From NCBI RefSeq assembly GCF_009914755.1, contig NC_060925.1: 64,000 nt of DNA. One strand, 5' to 3'. Below are positions 1-14,550 of this stretch, piece by piece. Both the position numbers and the translations under genes were made by a program. A model generated the notes under the pieces. That model saw only the letters and a list, made by a program, of their open reading frames with translations, was not told where the DNA came from and did not search any database. Source of the stretch: the human T2T-CHM13v2.0 reference genome, Homo sapiens. Positions within the stretch are counted from its first letter, which is position 1; each line of letters begins with the position of its first letter.

Positions 1-112
1 AGAATTGCTTGAACCCAGTAAACGGAGGTTGCAGTGAGCCGAGATCGCACCACTTCACTCTAGCCTGCGCAACAGAGTGAGACTCTGTCTCAAAAATAAA
101 ATAAAATAAAAT
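1..112 (+). mobile_element. Alu right-arm 3' end with (AAAAT)n tail, cut by the window edge
   Basis: GAGGTTGCAGTGAGCCGAGATCGCACCAC...GAGACTCTGTCTC followed by an A-rich tail. Confidence 0.95.
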
Positions 113-304
113 AAGGTACTTTAAACAGAAACACACATTAAACAAGATTATGTATTGATCAGTTGATGAAAATGTTGTGACCAGAGGCTTACAGGAACCT
201 AACCTTGTATTTCTCATATTCGCTAAGCGGTTCAGTATTGGCTAATTCGGTGTTTGCAGTGACATGGTAGAACATAACTATTGATAATAACCAGAATTGA
301 TTGT
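113..304 (+). mobile_element. MER44/Tigger7-type DNA transposon, 3' part
   Basis: AAACAGAAACACACAT...GTTGATGAAAATGTTGTGACCAGAGGC...GGAACCTAACC resembles the recalled MER44 consensus. Confidence 0.7.
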
Positions 305-308
305 ATAT

Positions 309-606
309 TGTGGTAGCTCACCTCCAAAATGGCCTCCAATGATCCAAGGCTCCTGGTGTTTACATGCTAGTGTAGTCCCCTTCCACATTGAATTATAGCT
401 GGTTGACTCTGTGTCAGCAATAGAATACAGTGGATGGTGATGATTTGTGCTTTCTGAGGCTGGGTCATGAGAAGAATTACAAACTTCTGCCTTGATACTT
501 GTGTTGTTCTTTCTGGAGGAAGCCAGCTGTTCCACTGTACCCAGAGGACGTCTGTATAGTCCTGTGGAAAGGCCCACCTGGAGAGGAACTTAACATCCTG
601 GCTGAG
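309..606 (+). mobile_element. MLT1 (MaLR) LTR fragment, MLT1F-like
   Basis: Starts TGTGGTAG..CCTCCAAAATGGCCTCCAATGATCC; contains GAAAGGCCCACCTGGAGAGGAAC, typical of MLT1. Confidence 0.7.
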
Positions 607-607
607 G

Positions 608-1473
<866 letters not shown>

Positions 1474-2519
1474 TCAACTCATGGCCAGTCTTGTTTCGTT
1501 TGAACCTGTTTACTTTCCAGTCACACCCTTTCAGATTATGTTGAAGCAAATCTCAGACATTATTTCAGTAAATAATTCAGTATATATCTCTAAAAGATAA
1601 TCTATATATCATTATTATATCCCTCCAAATTAGTAATCATTTCTTAAAAATAATCTAATATCCAATAGATATTTATTTCCCCTATTGTCTTACAGTTTAA
1701 TGTATTTGAATGTGATCCAGATAAATTTCATACATTTTGGTAGTTGTTATATTTCTAGATCTCTCTTAATTTATAGATTCTTTCTCTCTCCCAACCCCCT
1801 TTTTGTAATGTTTTGTCAAAGAAACAGGGTTGATTATCTTGTATAGTTTCCCATAGTGTAGATTTTGCTGGTTTTATCCTTGTGGTATCATTAATATGTT
1901 CCTCTTGCTCCCCTGCATGTTCTCTATGTTTATAGTTAGATCCACAAGCTTAATCTGATTTAGACATTTTTTGGTAAGATGACTTTAAAAAAATTAGCTT
2001 TATTGAGGTGAAATGTGCATAATATGTAACATAAAATACACTGGTTTTAAGTGAACTAGGTATAGTTACAGTTTTACAACTATTACAGCAATCTAATTCA
2101 ACAGAACATTTTGATTACTCTAAAAATAAACTTTGTGCCTATTTATAGTAAGTCCTTATTTTCACCCCCAGACGTAGACAACCACTAATCTACTTCTGTC
2201 TTTATAAATTGGCTTTTTGGGGATACTTAATATAAACGGAATCATACAATATGTGTTCTATTGTATCTGGCTTCTTTCACTGAGCATATTTTTGAGGTTC
2301 ATCCATGTTGTAGCAATGACTGGTTGTTTCTTAATCCTGAATAGTATTCCATTGTATGAATACACCATATTTTGCTTGGCCTTTCACCAGTTAATATTTT
2401 GGCTAAGAATAATGCTACTGTAAACTTTGGTGTACAAATTTTTGTGCAGACACAAGTTTTTTTTTTCTTGTGTATATAGACATCAAGGAATGGAATTGAT
2501 AGATAATGTAATTCTATGA

Positions 2520-2822
<303 letters not shown>

Positions 2823-2828
2823 TGATTG

Positions 2829-3135
2829 ATTTTTTTTTTTTTTTTATTAAAGAGATGGGGTCTTGCTCTATACTCCAGGCTGTAGTACAGTGGCACCATC
2901 ATGGCTCACTGCAGCCTTGAACTCCTGGGCTCCAGCAATCCTCCCATCTCAGCCTTCTAAGTAGCTGGGACTATAACCATGCATCACCACATTTAGCTAA
3001 TTTTTAAAATTTTTTGTGGAGACGTGGGTCTCCCTGTGTTGTCCAGGCTGGTGTTGAACTCCCGGGCTCAAGCAGTCCTCCGGCCTTGGCTTCCCAAAGT
3101 GCTGGGATTACAGCAGTGGGCCACACTGCCTAGCC
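2829..3135 (-). mobile_element. AluJ
   Basis: Antisense Alu with J-type diagnostics (ATCATGGCTCACTGCAGCCTTGAACTCCTGGGCTC). Confidence 0.9.
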
Positions 3136-3504
3136 TATGATTAATTTTTTAAGGATCTGCCAGACTGTTTTCCAAAGTGGTCACACTGTTTTACACTCCT
3201 ATTAGCAGTGTATGAGGGCTTTACTTTCTCCACGTCCTTGACAACATTTGTTAATGTTTGACTTTTTCATTATAACCATTCTATTGGGTGAAAAATGATA
3301 TTAAATCTGTTGTTTTAATTTGCATTTCCCTGATGACTAATTAAGTTGAACATCTTTGCATGTGCATATTGGCCATTCATATATCTTCTTTGGATAAACA
3401 TTGCAAGAGCACATCTTAAGTTATTGTGTACTTCTATCAGGGGGCACATAGTGTATGCTTGTCTCATTTTATTGGGATATCAGCCATTGGTATAATAGAT
3501 TCAT

Positions 3505-3816
<312 letters not shown>

Positions 3817-6800
3817 TAATTATTAATTAAAGGAGAGTTTGGGTATATAATCTAGATATAGTAGCAGGAAATAGGATTTTGATTCTGTATTCTTCTATTG
3901 CCCCAGGGGTTGTTAGAAAATACTGTAATATTCTAAAATTCTTGGACATACATATCATTCTGATCTAGACTACTCAATTCTGAGTATCATCAAGTTTCAT
4001 GCTCTTTGTCTTCTAATAAAATTTTTAAATTATTTATGTACATTTCCCCTGATAAATTTGCTGTTTATTTTAAAAATTTAAGGCATTTTTAGAAAGTTTT
4101 TTTTTTTACCCCTGAAGAACATAGCTCACTCAGTACATTATAAACCAGCAAAAAAAAAAAAAAAAATTTTAGAAGTACGATGTTGACATCCTATAGTTAT
4201 AATTTACATTGCCTTAAAAAAAATCTGTTACTGTCTTCCAGGGAACTTTTTTAGTCAGTTCTGAAGCAGCCTCCTACATCTTTTGTGACGTAGGAGACAG
4301 ATCTTGCTGGATCACTGTCGTCTTGCCAGTCTTTTTTTTTTTTTTCCTTTTTCTTTAGAGAGCATGCTGAATATGTTGGACTTTCTCCCTCCGTTCTGCT
4401 GAAAGCCCCCATGAATGACTTTACCACAGATGACTGTCAGCTGACTGGGTGTACTCTACAGGACTTTGTTGAGAATATTACACCTCTGTCTTTGCAAGAA
4501 ATAATTTAGTTAGGCTCTATTACATCTATATCCAAGTTGTTACAGAGATTCTTAGAACCAAGATCCCATCTCCTTCCCAATAATTAGTAATCTGCTATTT
4601 GAGTTTATAGTTTCCAGAAACCTGTTGTAAAACAATGTTTGCTTGCTCTTCCCCCGACAACCCCAAACCTTATATTTCTTGCCTTGTTTAATGATTACTA
4701 GGTATTTAGTTGTAAAGGGTATTTTAAGAAGTTCTGTTCAGGTAATATTTACTGCACAGCTGGGAGCTTGTAATTGCTATGCAGTAATAGAAACTCACAG
4801 CTCAAGAATTTCTAACTGGAAGTTTAAAAATGATTCAATTTGAAGCAGATTAAAGATGAATTGAGCTACCGTATTACTCAGTATTTGCTGCTGAAAGCTT
4901 ATACCTGAATGCAAAGAAATCAAGCTATTGATTTAGGAACAATGGTGATTTAAATTATTGTTTTTAGAATTCTCTCTCATTTATTAAACTTTATATGTTA
5001 TAAAAATTATCTCTAAGTAAGGATTAATTGTGTGATTTCTACCCTTTTCCACTTCTCATTATATCAGGTAGTTTTAGAATACATATGAGTAATGTGTTGG
5101 TTTAATGGACTCCTTATAAACAGTAAACTTTGAATATATGAGTCTTAATATGACACTGGTTGTTATAATAGTAAGTTATGGGTGAGATTAGGGAAGATGT
5201 ATATTTTCTGTGTCAGAATGTCAGCTGTGCTCAGATGCATATTTTTTTTATTTGAAAGAAATACACGTGAAAGTGTATATATGAGTCACAAACTTCAACT
5301 AAAGTGTATACTTCTTTTTGAACCACTCAATAATTCTAGTGATGGATTTTTAGATGGCAGACATTTAACGTGACCTGTTGAGTAGACAGAGAACAGAGAA
5401 AACGAGCTAAAGACATGAAATATTACACTTTCTAATAAATATTCTTTTTTAAAAAACACAGCGATTAAGGTCAGTGTTAAAAGCCTGATACAGTGATATT
5501 CTTAGGTACATAATACTCATTAAAATAGAAGCAAATATGATATTAGGACAGGTTGAAAACGTGGTTATGCATAAAATCCTCATCAGTGTTTGGCAATGTC
5601 ATTTTGTGAGTGCCCAGATCAATAATGTATTATTTAATCTATAAATCAGCAGTTTTATTTAGCCTAAATACCTACTTAGATGTATAACTTCTGCTTATAA
5701 TACCTGACATTATGGGTAACGTCTTTTGTTTATATCTAGTGTTAGTACTCATTTGGTGGGCTTTGACTGTCATAAAAATAATGTTTTAAAACATTATATA
5801 TTGACTTCCTGAACTCTCTTCTGCATATGGAACTGAATTTTCCATGTTCTGTTTTCTGAGTCTTGATAATTTTGATCTATTGCATTTTGGCACTTCTGCC
5901 CTAGACCACTGACAGTGCTTTTTAGAGTAGGCACTTGATCTGGCAGTGGTCTAAGTATTTTTACTGTGCTTTGCCTTGTGGAGGAGCCTCCCAGGAATCC
6001 TAGATTGCCAAATGCTTCTGTGGACCACTGCACAGCCAGAGCTTGGAATTTGTTTAACAGTGGTGTCCATCTACTCAGACTTTCCCCATGCCCTTCCTTT
6101 TCTGTCACACCTCTGCCATTTTACCACCTAGTTTTTGCCCTTGTGTGGAGTGGGGAATTGGTCAGTGGGGAAGGACTGTAGGCTGTAGGAAGGAGAAATA
6201 CCTAATTCTAATTCCCAAGGCTGCAGGGAGTTGGGGTGCCTATGAGGGTTATCTGCTGCTCCCTGGGTTGCTGGTTTAGAGTAGGGATGGTGTTCAGGTA
6301 GTTGATAGTGCTCTCAGAGCAATAATTAGGGATTTGATTATATCCTTTAACTCCCTGAGTACATAACCACCACTATTGCATGTAAATCTGTTAGGTAAGA
6401 AGTCTGTTTTTAGACTTGCGTACATTCACCCTTCAAGTGCATCTTTGGAAATGCTAACTATAAAAGTAGAAAACAGTCAATACTAAATGATACTTTTCTG
6501 CAGAGTTTATTATTGCTACAAGGTTTGTATATAAGGGGCAAAAGTAAAGGAGTTACCATAAAAATATCAATATTTTATTCATTTGCTCATTGGTAACTGG
6601 TTTCAACCCTACACATCTCATGTGAAAATGACATTTAAAAAAAACACCTTGCTAGGATTGCTCTTCATCTTCTATTGATTATCACTTGGTGATTTTAAAA
6701 AATGAGTCCAGCAGATTAGTGGCCAGTGGACATATTTTGACTGCTTTGTTATGTTTGTACAATATATATCAAGAGACCAGGTTAGGTAGGCAGGTATATA

Positions 6801-6923
6801 CTTGATTGCAAAATCACTTTATTCTCTATTTAACTCACAGCATGTATTTTATTTTAATTGCAAGACCCCATTTGACATTTTTGAGTTTGCAGCCTTGCTT
6901 TAAAAGAACGGAGGATGTGCATC

Positions 6924-7325
6924 ATAGTATAGCAAAGGAATAGGCTTTGGAATTAGATCAACTTGGGTTCAAAATCCCGTTCTGCCTCATACCTTGTGTG
7001 TCCTTCAACAAAGTAGTGGACTAAGTCTTATTTACCTAATTTGTAAAATAGGAAAAATATTATTTTTGAGGATTAAGTGAGACAATTTATATGAAGCACC
7101 TAGCACATAGCAAGTACTCCATGAATGGTAGTGATTCTTAGACCAACTTGGGTTCAAAATCCTGTTCTGCCTCATACCTTGAGCATCCTTCAACAAAGTA
7201 GTTGACTAAGTCTTATTTACCTAATTTGTAAAATAGGGAAAATATTATTTTTGAGGATTAAATGAGCTAATTTATATGTAGCATCTAGCACATAGCAAGT
7301 ACTCCATAAATGGTAGTGATTCTTA
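6924..7325 (+). repeat. MIR with a 185-bp head-to-tail tandem duplication
   Basis: TTAGAYCAACTTGGGTTCAAAATCCYGTTCTGCC...GGTAGTGATTC occurs at 6953 and 7138; MIR-type GGGTTCAAAATCC and TGTAAAATAGG motifs. Confidence 0.9.
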
Positions 7326-8333
7326 TTGTAGACAAAGCTAATAGAAGAATCGTTAGTATCATGGCAGTTTTCTTAAAATATTAGAAGCACCTATTATTTT
7401 GATCTCTCATGTTTTCTTCCCTTATAATTCAAATCCCTAAGTTGCTCTTTGTTGAAATATGTAAATGGACTTCTCTCTTAAAATTTATTTGATGCTTACT
7501 CTTCTTAGGAGAAAGATATGTGCCTTGTAACTTTCTTTTAATAGGTATCAATCACTCTGATATTTCTGAGGCTAAAGGGCATGAGACAAACATACTTTAT
7601 GCAAATATTAAAGTATTGTGATAGAAATGTTTCTTGATGACTTCTAGATGCTCAGGCTTAACTCCAGATTACCGGATAATATTTACCCTGTGAGCTCAAA
7701 ATACAGTCTTACAGAGGTTTTGATCACTTTGGAACCAATAAAGTAAAATATAACTTGAATTTTAGAATATAAATAACAAATACTTTAGGAATTATTTTTC
7801 GAAAATAAAATAGTCTTAAAAGTGAATGTGTAAGCTTGTACTGTTTGGTCTTTCAAACTTAATTGTGCAAATTGGTGTCATACTGCTTAGCTTGGTTTTA
7901 TTTTTGAATTCTTTATCTTTTCATATGTTAGTCTTTTTTAGTTAGCATGCATGTCATTGACACAAGAAACATTGCGAATGAGGTGATAACACCGTAGCAT
8001 CCATATTGATACTGTATCTCTTTACTGTCATGTATATATTTACTCTAACTAGGCCAGTCACGCAATATGGAAGGGTAGACCTGACATATCTTATTTCAGA
8101 GTAGTGCCAAGACTTTCTCTTGGCTGGCCAGTCTGCATACAGCGTAGCAGTTTCTGATGCCCTAGAAAATAACATAAAACAAAATGATACAGGGAAAGTG
8201 TTTGAAAACAAACTGATTTATACATCCACTTGTTCTTTTCTAAAATGCTCTCGCTTATTAGACTATTATTGAAAAACAAGAAACTTGTTTTTGTTTTTGC
8301 TTTTCTGCATATATTCCATAAAATGCTACTGTG

Positions 8334-8619
8334 GGCCGGGTGCGGTGACTCATGCCTGTAATCCCAGCACTTCGGGAGGCCAAGGTAGGTGGATCACCTG
8401 AGGTTGGAAGTTTGAGACCAGCCTGGCCAGCATGGTGAAACTCTGTTTTTACTAAAAATAAAAAAGTTGATTATCCCAGCTACTCGGGAGGCTGAGGCAG
8501 GAGAATTGTTTGAATCCAGAGGCGGAGGTTGCAGTGAGTCGAGATCGCGACACTTCACTCCTGCCTGGGCGACAGAGCAAGACTCTGTCTAAAACAAACA
8601 AACAAACAAACAAAAAAAA
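8334..8619 (+). mobile_element. AluS with a deletion at the start of the right arm
   Basis: GGCCGGGTGCGGTGACTCA...; CTACTGTGG repeated at both flanks. Confidence 0.92.
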
Positions 8620-8697
8620 CTACTGTGGATAAGTGTGTCCAAAGCAAAAATCAAAATGATCAGAACTTTTAAATTTCCAGTCAGCCTCTAGGAAAAT

Positions 8698-8849
8698 TAT
8701 TCTGTAGTTTTTTTTTTAAGGAAATAACCGGTCTATTTTCTTTCTTTCTTTTTTTTTTTAAGTTCTAGGGTACATGTGCACAACGTGCAGGTTTGTTACA
8801 TATGTATACATGTGTCATGTTGGTTTGCTGCACCCTATTCTGTAGTTTT
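8698..8849 (-). mobile_element. Severely 5'-truncated L1PA 3' end with two tails and a 14-bp TSD
   Basis: AAGTTCTAGGGTACATGTGCACAACGTGCAGG...TGCTGCACCC is the L1PA 3' terminus; TATTCTGTAGTTTT at 8698-8711 and 8836-8849. Confidence 0.9.
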
Positions 8850-8996
8850 ACAAACTACAATAGAACTAGTACAAAAGAAAAAAGAAACATCATTACTTAA
8901 TAAAAACAATAAGGTAATAAAATTATTACTTTATATGATCATCAAGAGAGTAGATTTTCTTTTCATAATTTAACTCATGAAATGAGATTAAGATCA

Positions 8997-9388
<392 letters not shown>

Positions 9389-10632
9389 CTAATGAAGAAA
9401 AGATCAGACAGATGGTGAAAACCTGACTTATGGAACACTGTGAAAGAAACGTAGCTTAGTTGTTTTCAATAATGTCCAGGATTGGTCTCCAACCAGAGAA
9501 GGGGGATGGAGTAGTAAGCAGGCTTCTTTTTAAGAGAGCGTATTTAAACTGGGTGGGACTTGTATTAAGTATGCTCATCACTCAGAATGATTTTCCGAAA
9601 GAATTTGACACTTCTGACCCTAATAGTGTTCCATTTGATTTTACAAACTCCATTTTCCATCTGGTTGCTTCTCTGGCCTCTTCTTCCTCTTTGTTCCACA
9701 TAGGTGAGAGTTCCCGCAAGTGTCTGTCTGGCTATTTTCTGTTTTCTTTCTCTTTTTACTCACAGAGTTTTCTAACACATTTTTTTCCCTCAAATACTTT
9801 AAAAAAAAAAAGGATATAGTTAAATACAGTACTTTTTTTCTTTTAAAACGTACAATTAAGTAGTTTTTAGTACTTTGTACAATATCTTTTGCAACAATCA
9901 CTACCGTCTAGTTCCAGAACTTTGATCACCCTGAAGGGAAACCCCTTATGCATTGTCATTGTTCATTTCCCCTCCCTCAGGCCCTGGCAACCACTAATTT
10001 ACTTTCTGTCTTTATGGAGTTGCCTACCTATTCTGTACTTTTCACATAAATAGAATATACAGTATGGACTTTGTGACTGGCTTCTTTCATTTAGCATAAT
10101 ATTTTCAAGATTCATCCATATTATAGCATGTATCAATACTATATTATTTCATTTTATGGCTGAATATCATTCCAGTCATTATTTGAATATACCACATTCA
10201 TCATTTGATGGACATTTGGGTTTTTTCTACCATTTGACTATTATGAATAATACTGATATGAACATTTGTGAACACGTTTGTTGTTGACACATTTTTAGTT
10301 TTTTGGGTATATGCCTAGGAATGAAATGTCTGGGTCACATGGTAACTCTGAGCTTAACATTTTGATGAACTGCCAAATCCACCATTTTATATTCCCACCA
10401 GCAATGAATAAGGATTCCACGTTTTCCACATCCTTGTCAACACTTCTTATCATTTTTTTTTTATTATAGCCTTCCTAGTGGGTGTGAAGTGGCATCTCTG
10501 TGTATTTCCTTGGTGACTAATAGTGCTGAGTATCTTTTCATGTGTTTGAGACACTGTGTGTCTTCTTTGAAGAAATGTCTATTCAGATTCTTTGCCATAT
10601 TTAAATTGGGTTATTTGTCTTTTGATTGTTGA

Positions 10633-10952
10633 TTTATTTATTTATTTTTATTTATTTATTTATTTATTTATTTTGAGACGGAGTCTTTGTCTGCCAGGCT
10701 GGAGTGCAGTGGTGTGATCTCTGCTCACTGCAAGCTCCGCCTCTCAGCTTCACGCCATTCTCCTGCCTCAGCCTCCTGAGTAGCTGGGACTACAGGCACC
10801 TGCCACCACGCCTGGCTAATTTTTTGTATTTTTTAGTAGAGACGGGGTTTCACCGTGTTAGCCAGGATGGTCTTGATCTCCTGATCTCGTGATCTGCCCG
10901 CGTCGGCCTCCCAGAGTGCTGGGATTACAGGCGTGAGCCACCGCACCTGGCC
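10633..10952 (-). mobile_element. AluY
   Basis: CACTGCAAGCTCCGCC, CACGCCATTCTCC, CACCGTGTTAGCCAGGATGG diagnostics; ATTGTTGATTTA repeated at both flanks. Confidence 0.95.
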
Positions 10953-10975
10953 TAATTGTTGATTTATAAGATTTC

Positions 10976-11294
10976 TTTATATATATATATATATATATAA
11001 AATGTATTATATATTATATTTATAATATATATTATGTGTATATAATATATAATATACATATAATATATATTTATATATTATATATATTATATATTTTATA
11101 TATTATATATAATATTATATATATTTTATATATAATATATATAATATTAAATATATTTTATATATTTATATTTTATATAATATATATATTTTATATTATA
11201 TATATTTTATATAAAGTATAATATATCTTTATATAAAATATATATAATATATCTTTATATAAAATATATGTAATATATATTTTATATATACATA
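10976..11294. repeat. ~320-bp (TA)n-rich, almost pure AT low-complexity tract
   Basis: Read directly from the sequence. Confidence 0.95.
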
Positions 11295-11950
<656 letters not shown>

Positions 11951-13171
11951 TCTTTCTTTACACTTTCTTGATGATAGTTTTTGAAGGATATATTTTAAAT
12001 TTTTATGATGTCCAGTTTTTCTTTTTTCTTACCTGTGCTTTTTTGTGTCATAGCCAGTAAGCCATTACCTATTCCAAGGTCAAACAGAATTGTGCTTATG
12101 TTTTCTTCTAAGAGTTTTCTAGTTTTAGCATATATATTTAGGTCTTTGATCCTGTGATGAGTCAGTTTTTGTATATGGTGTGACTAGGGTCTAACTTTAT
12201 ACTTCTGCATGTGGATATCCTGTTAACCCAACATCATTTGTTGAAAAGACTATTCCCAAATTTGTCTTGGCCCCTGTGTCAAAATCGATTGCTCACAAAT
12301 TTATGAGTTTACTTTTATTTTTATGATCTGTGTGTCTATCCTATGTTTGTACCATATAATGTTAATTATTGTAACTTTATAGTAAGTTTTGAGATTGGGA
12401 AAATGCGAGTACTCCAACTTTGTTTTTCTGTTTCTAGGTTGTTTTAGCTATTTGGAGGCCCTTGTTATTCCATATGAGCTTATCAATTTCTGCATAATAA
12501 AACCATTTGGGATTTTAATAGAGATTTTGTTTAATTTGTAGATCAATTTAGGGAATATTGCCTTTGTAACAACATTAAACCTAGTAATCCATGAATGGGA
12601 TTGTCTTTTCATTTATTTACGTTTTTCTTACACTGTTTAGTAGTCTTCAGGATACAAGTCTTTCACTTATGTTGTTTATTCCTAAGTATTTTATTCATTT
12701 TCCTGTTTTTGTTTAAAAAAGGGAAAATAATAAAGCATATATGGCAAAATGTAAACATTTGGGGAATCTGGATGAAGAGTATACAGGAATTATTTGTACA
12801 ATTCTTTCAACTTTTTTGTGTGTCTGAAACTGTTTCAAAATAAAAAGTTAAAAAACTGTAGAAAAGGAAGGTAGGGCAACTGATAGACATAGAAATTAGC
12901 TCTAAGACTCCCAATACTAATTATTGACATCAATTTTTATTTCTAGGGGCTGGTCAAAAATGCGGCACTTTTCTGAGTTCAGGACTCCAATTATAACATG
13001 TTATTTCCATTTTTGCAATCATCATTATGCCAGCAATCAGAGAGATTAATGTCTTTTCTAATTCCTATTATTGAAAAAGCTGGTTATTCCAAATGGAACA
13101 GGCCCAAAATCTTCAGGGGAAATGTATTTAATTTTTAAGCATCTCAGCAAGAATTACAATGATAATTAGCA

Positions 13172-13173
<2 letters not shown>

Positions 13174-13206
<33 letters not shown>

Positions 13207-13217
13207 GTGTGTGTGTG
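13174..13217. repeat. (TG)n microsatellite
   Basis: Direct. Confidence 0.95.
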
Positions 13218-13513
13218 TTTTAAACTGTATTTCCCCTTCCTTGCTCTAAATGGTTTCCTGAAAATAAACTATCAGTAAATTTGTGGATGTCATTTTCTTC
13301 TGTGCATACAGGATTTTTTTCTCTGTTTTAAAGAAGGCAGAAATATATATTCCTGGGTTACTGAGCATGGCATTAAAAGCTTTCTTGGGTGGTGATATAG
13401 TTGATAAATTACCTATTTTGGTGGAGTGATATGTTGTCAATTTTCACTGATTGTTTTCCATTTCATGAGACCACAGTTTTAAGTTTTTTAGAACATACGC
13501 TTTGTTCATCAAA

Positions 13514-13517
<4 letters not shown>

Positions 13518-13560
<43 letters not shown>
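13518..13560. repeat. (TG)n microsatellite
   Basis: Direct. Confidence 0.95.
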
Positions 13561-13563
<3 letters not shown>

Positions 13564-13867
13564 CAGTGGGCCCTCTGTATCTGCTGCATATTCTGAGTCT
13601 GGATTCAACCAAGTATGTATTGGAAAAAAACAATAAAAAGAAAACTTTATAACACTAAAAAATAATACAAAGAAAAATACAACTATTTACATTGCATTTA
13701 TATTATATTAGTTATTATAAATAATCTAGAGATGACTTAAAGTATACAGGAAGATGTAGGCTATATGCTAATACTTCACCATTTTATATAAGAGTCTTGA
13801 GCGCATGGATTTTATTATCTGAGAGACATCCTGGAGCCAGTCCCCCACAGATATCAAAGTAAAACTG
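13564..13867 (-). mobile_element. MER2 (TcMar-Tigger MITE), copy 1
   Basis: TA|CAG...CTG|TA ends; GGATTCAACCAA and TAATCTAGAGATGACTTAAAGTATAC motifs. Confidence 0.8.
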
Positions 13868-13961
13868 TACGTGCAGGTGTATACATATATATGTGTGTGT
13901 GTATCTATAGTTACACATATATGTGTATATATGTCTATAGTTACATATGAATGTGTATGTA

Positions 13962-14272
13962 CAGTTAGCCCTCTGCATCTGTGGATTCAACCAACCAAAG
14001 AGCAAGGATTCAGGAAAAAAGTTGTATCTGTACTTATCACGTATAGACTTTTTTCTTGTCATTATTCCCTAAACAATGTAACTATTGTGTAACATTTACA
14101 TTGTGTTAGATATTATAAGTAATCCAGAGATTATTTGAAGTATACAAGAGGATGTGCATAGGTTATACAGCAAATTCTATGCCATTTTATGTCAGAGTCT
14201 TGAGCATTTGTGGATTTGGGTATCCAAGGGAAGTCCTGGAACTAATCCCCTAAGGATGCTAAGGGATGACTG
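13962..14272 (-). mobile_element. MER2 (TcMar-Tigger MITE), copy 2
   Basis: TA|CAGTTAGCCCT...AGGGATGACTG|TA TIRs with TA TSD. Confidence 0.8.
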
Positions 14273-14429
14273 TACACATACATGTACACATATACACACA
14301 AATGCAAACACAGTATGTTTTATTTAGAAACAGTGGACATGGTGATTGAGTTTTTTATTGAGTCAACTTTTAGAGCCAGAGCTGTGTTTTATTCATCTTT
14401 ATGTTCTAAAAATTGATATTCAATGAATG

Positions 14430-14550
14430 TTTGAGTTTCAGAACTGAAAGGAACCTTACAAGCTAAAGTAGACCTTACTGCTAATTTTACAGATAAAGAA
14501 GCTGAGGTCCAGAGAAAGTTAATGTCTCTTGTCCAGAGTTGCCCTGCTCA
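14430..14550 (-). mobile_element. MIR fragment
   Basis: TTTTACAGATAAAGAAGCTGAGGTCCAGAGAAAGTTAA is the antisense MIR core. Confidence 0.7.

Noticed and set aside
9460-9819. 119-aa ORF
   Set aside because: Low-complexity Phe/Ser-rich translation of pyrimidine-rich DNA with no recognisable homology.
11036-11221. Ile/Tyr-rich ORF
   Set aside because: Translation of the (TA)n tract.
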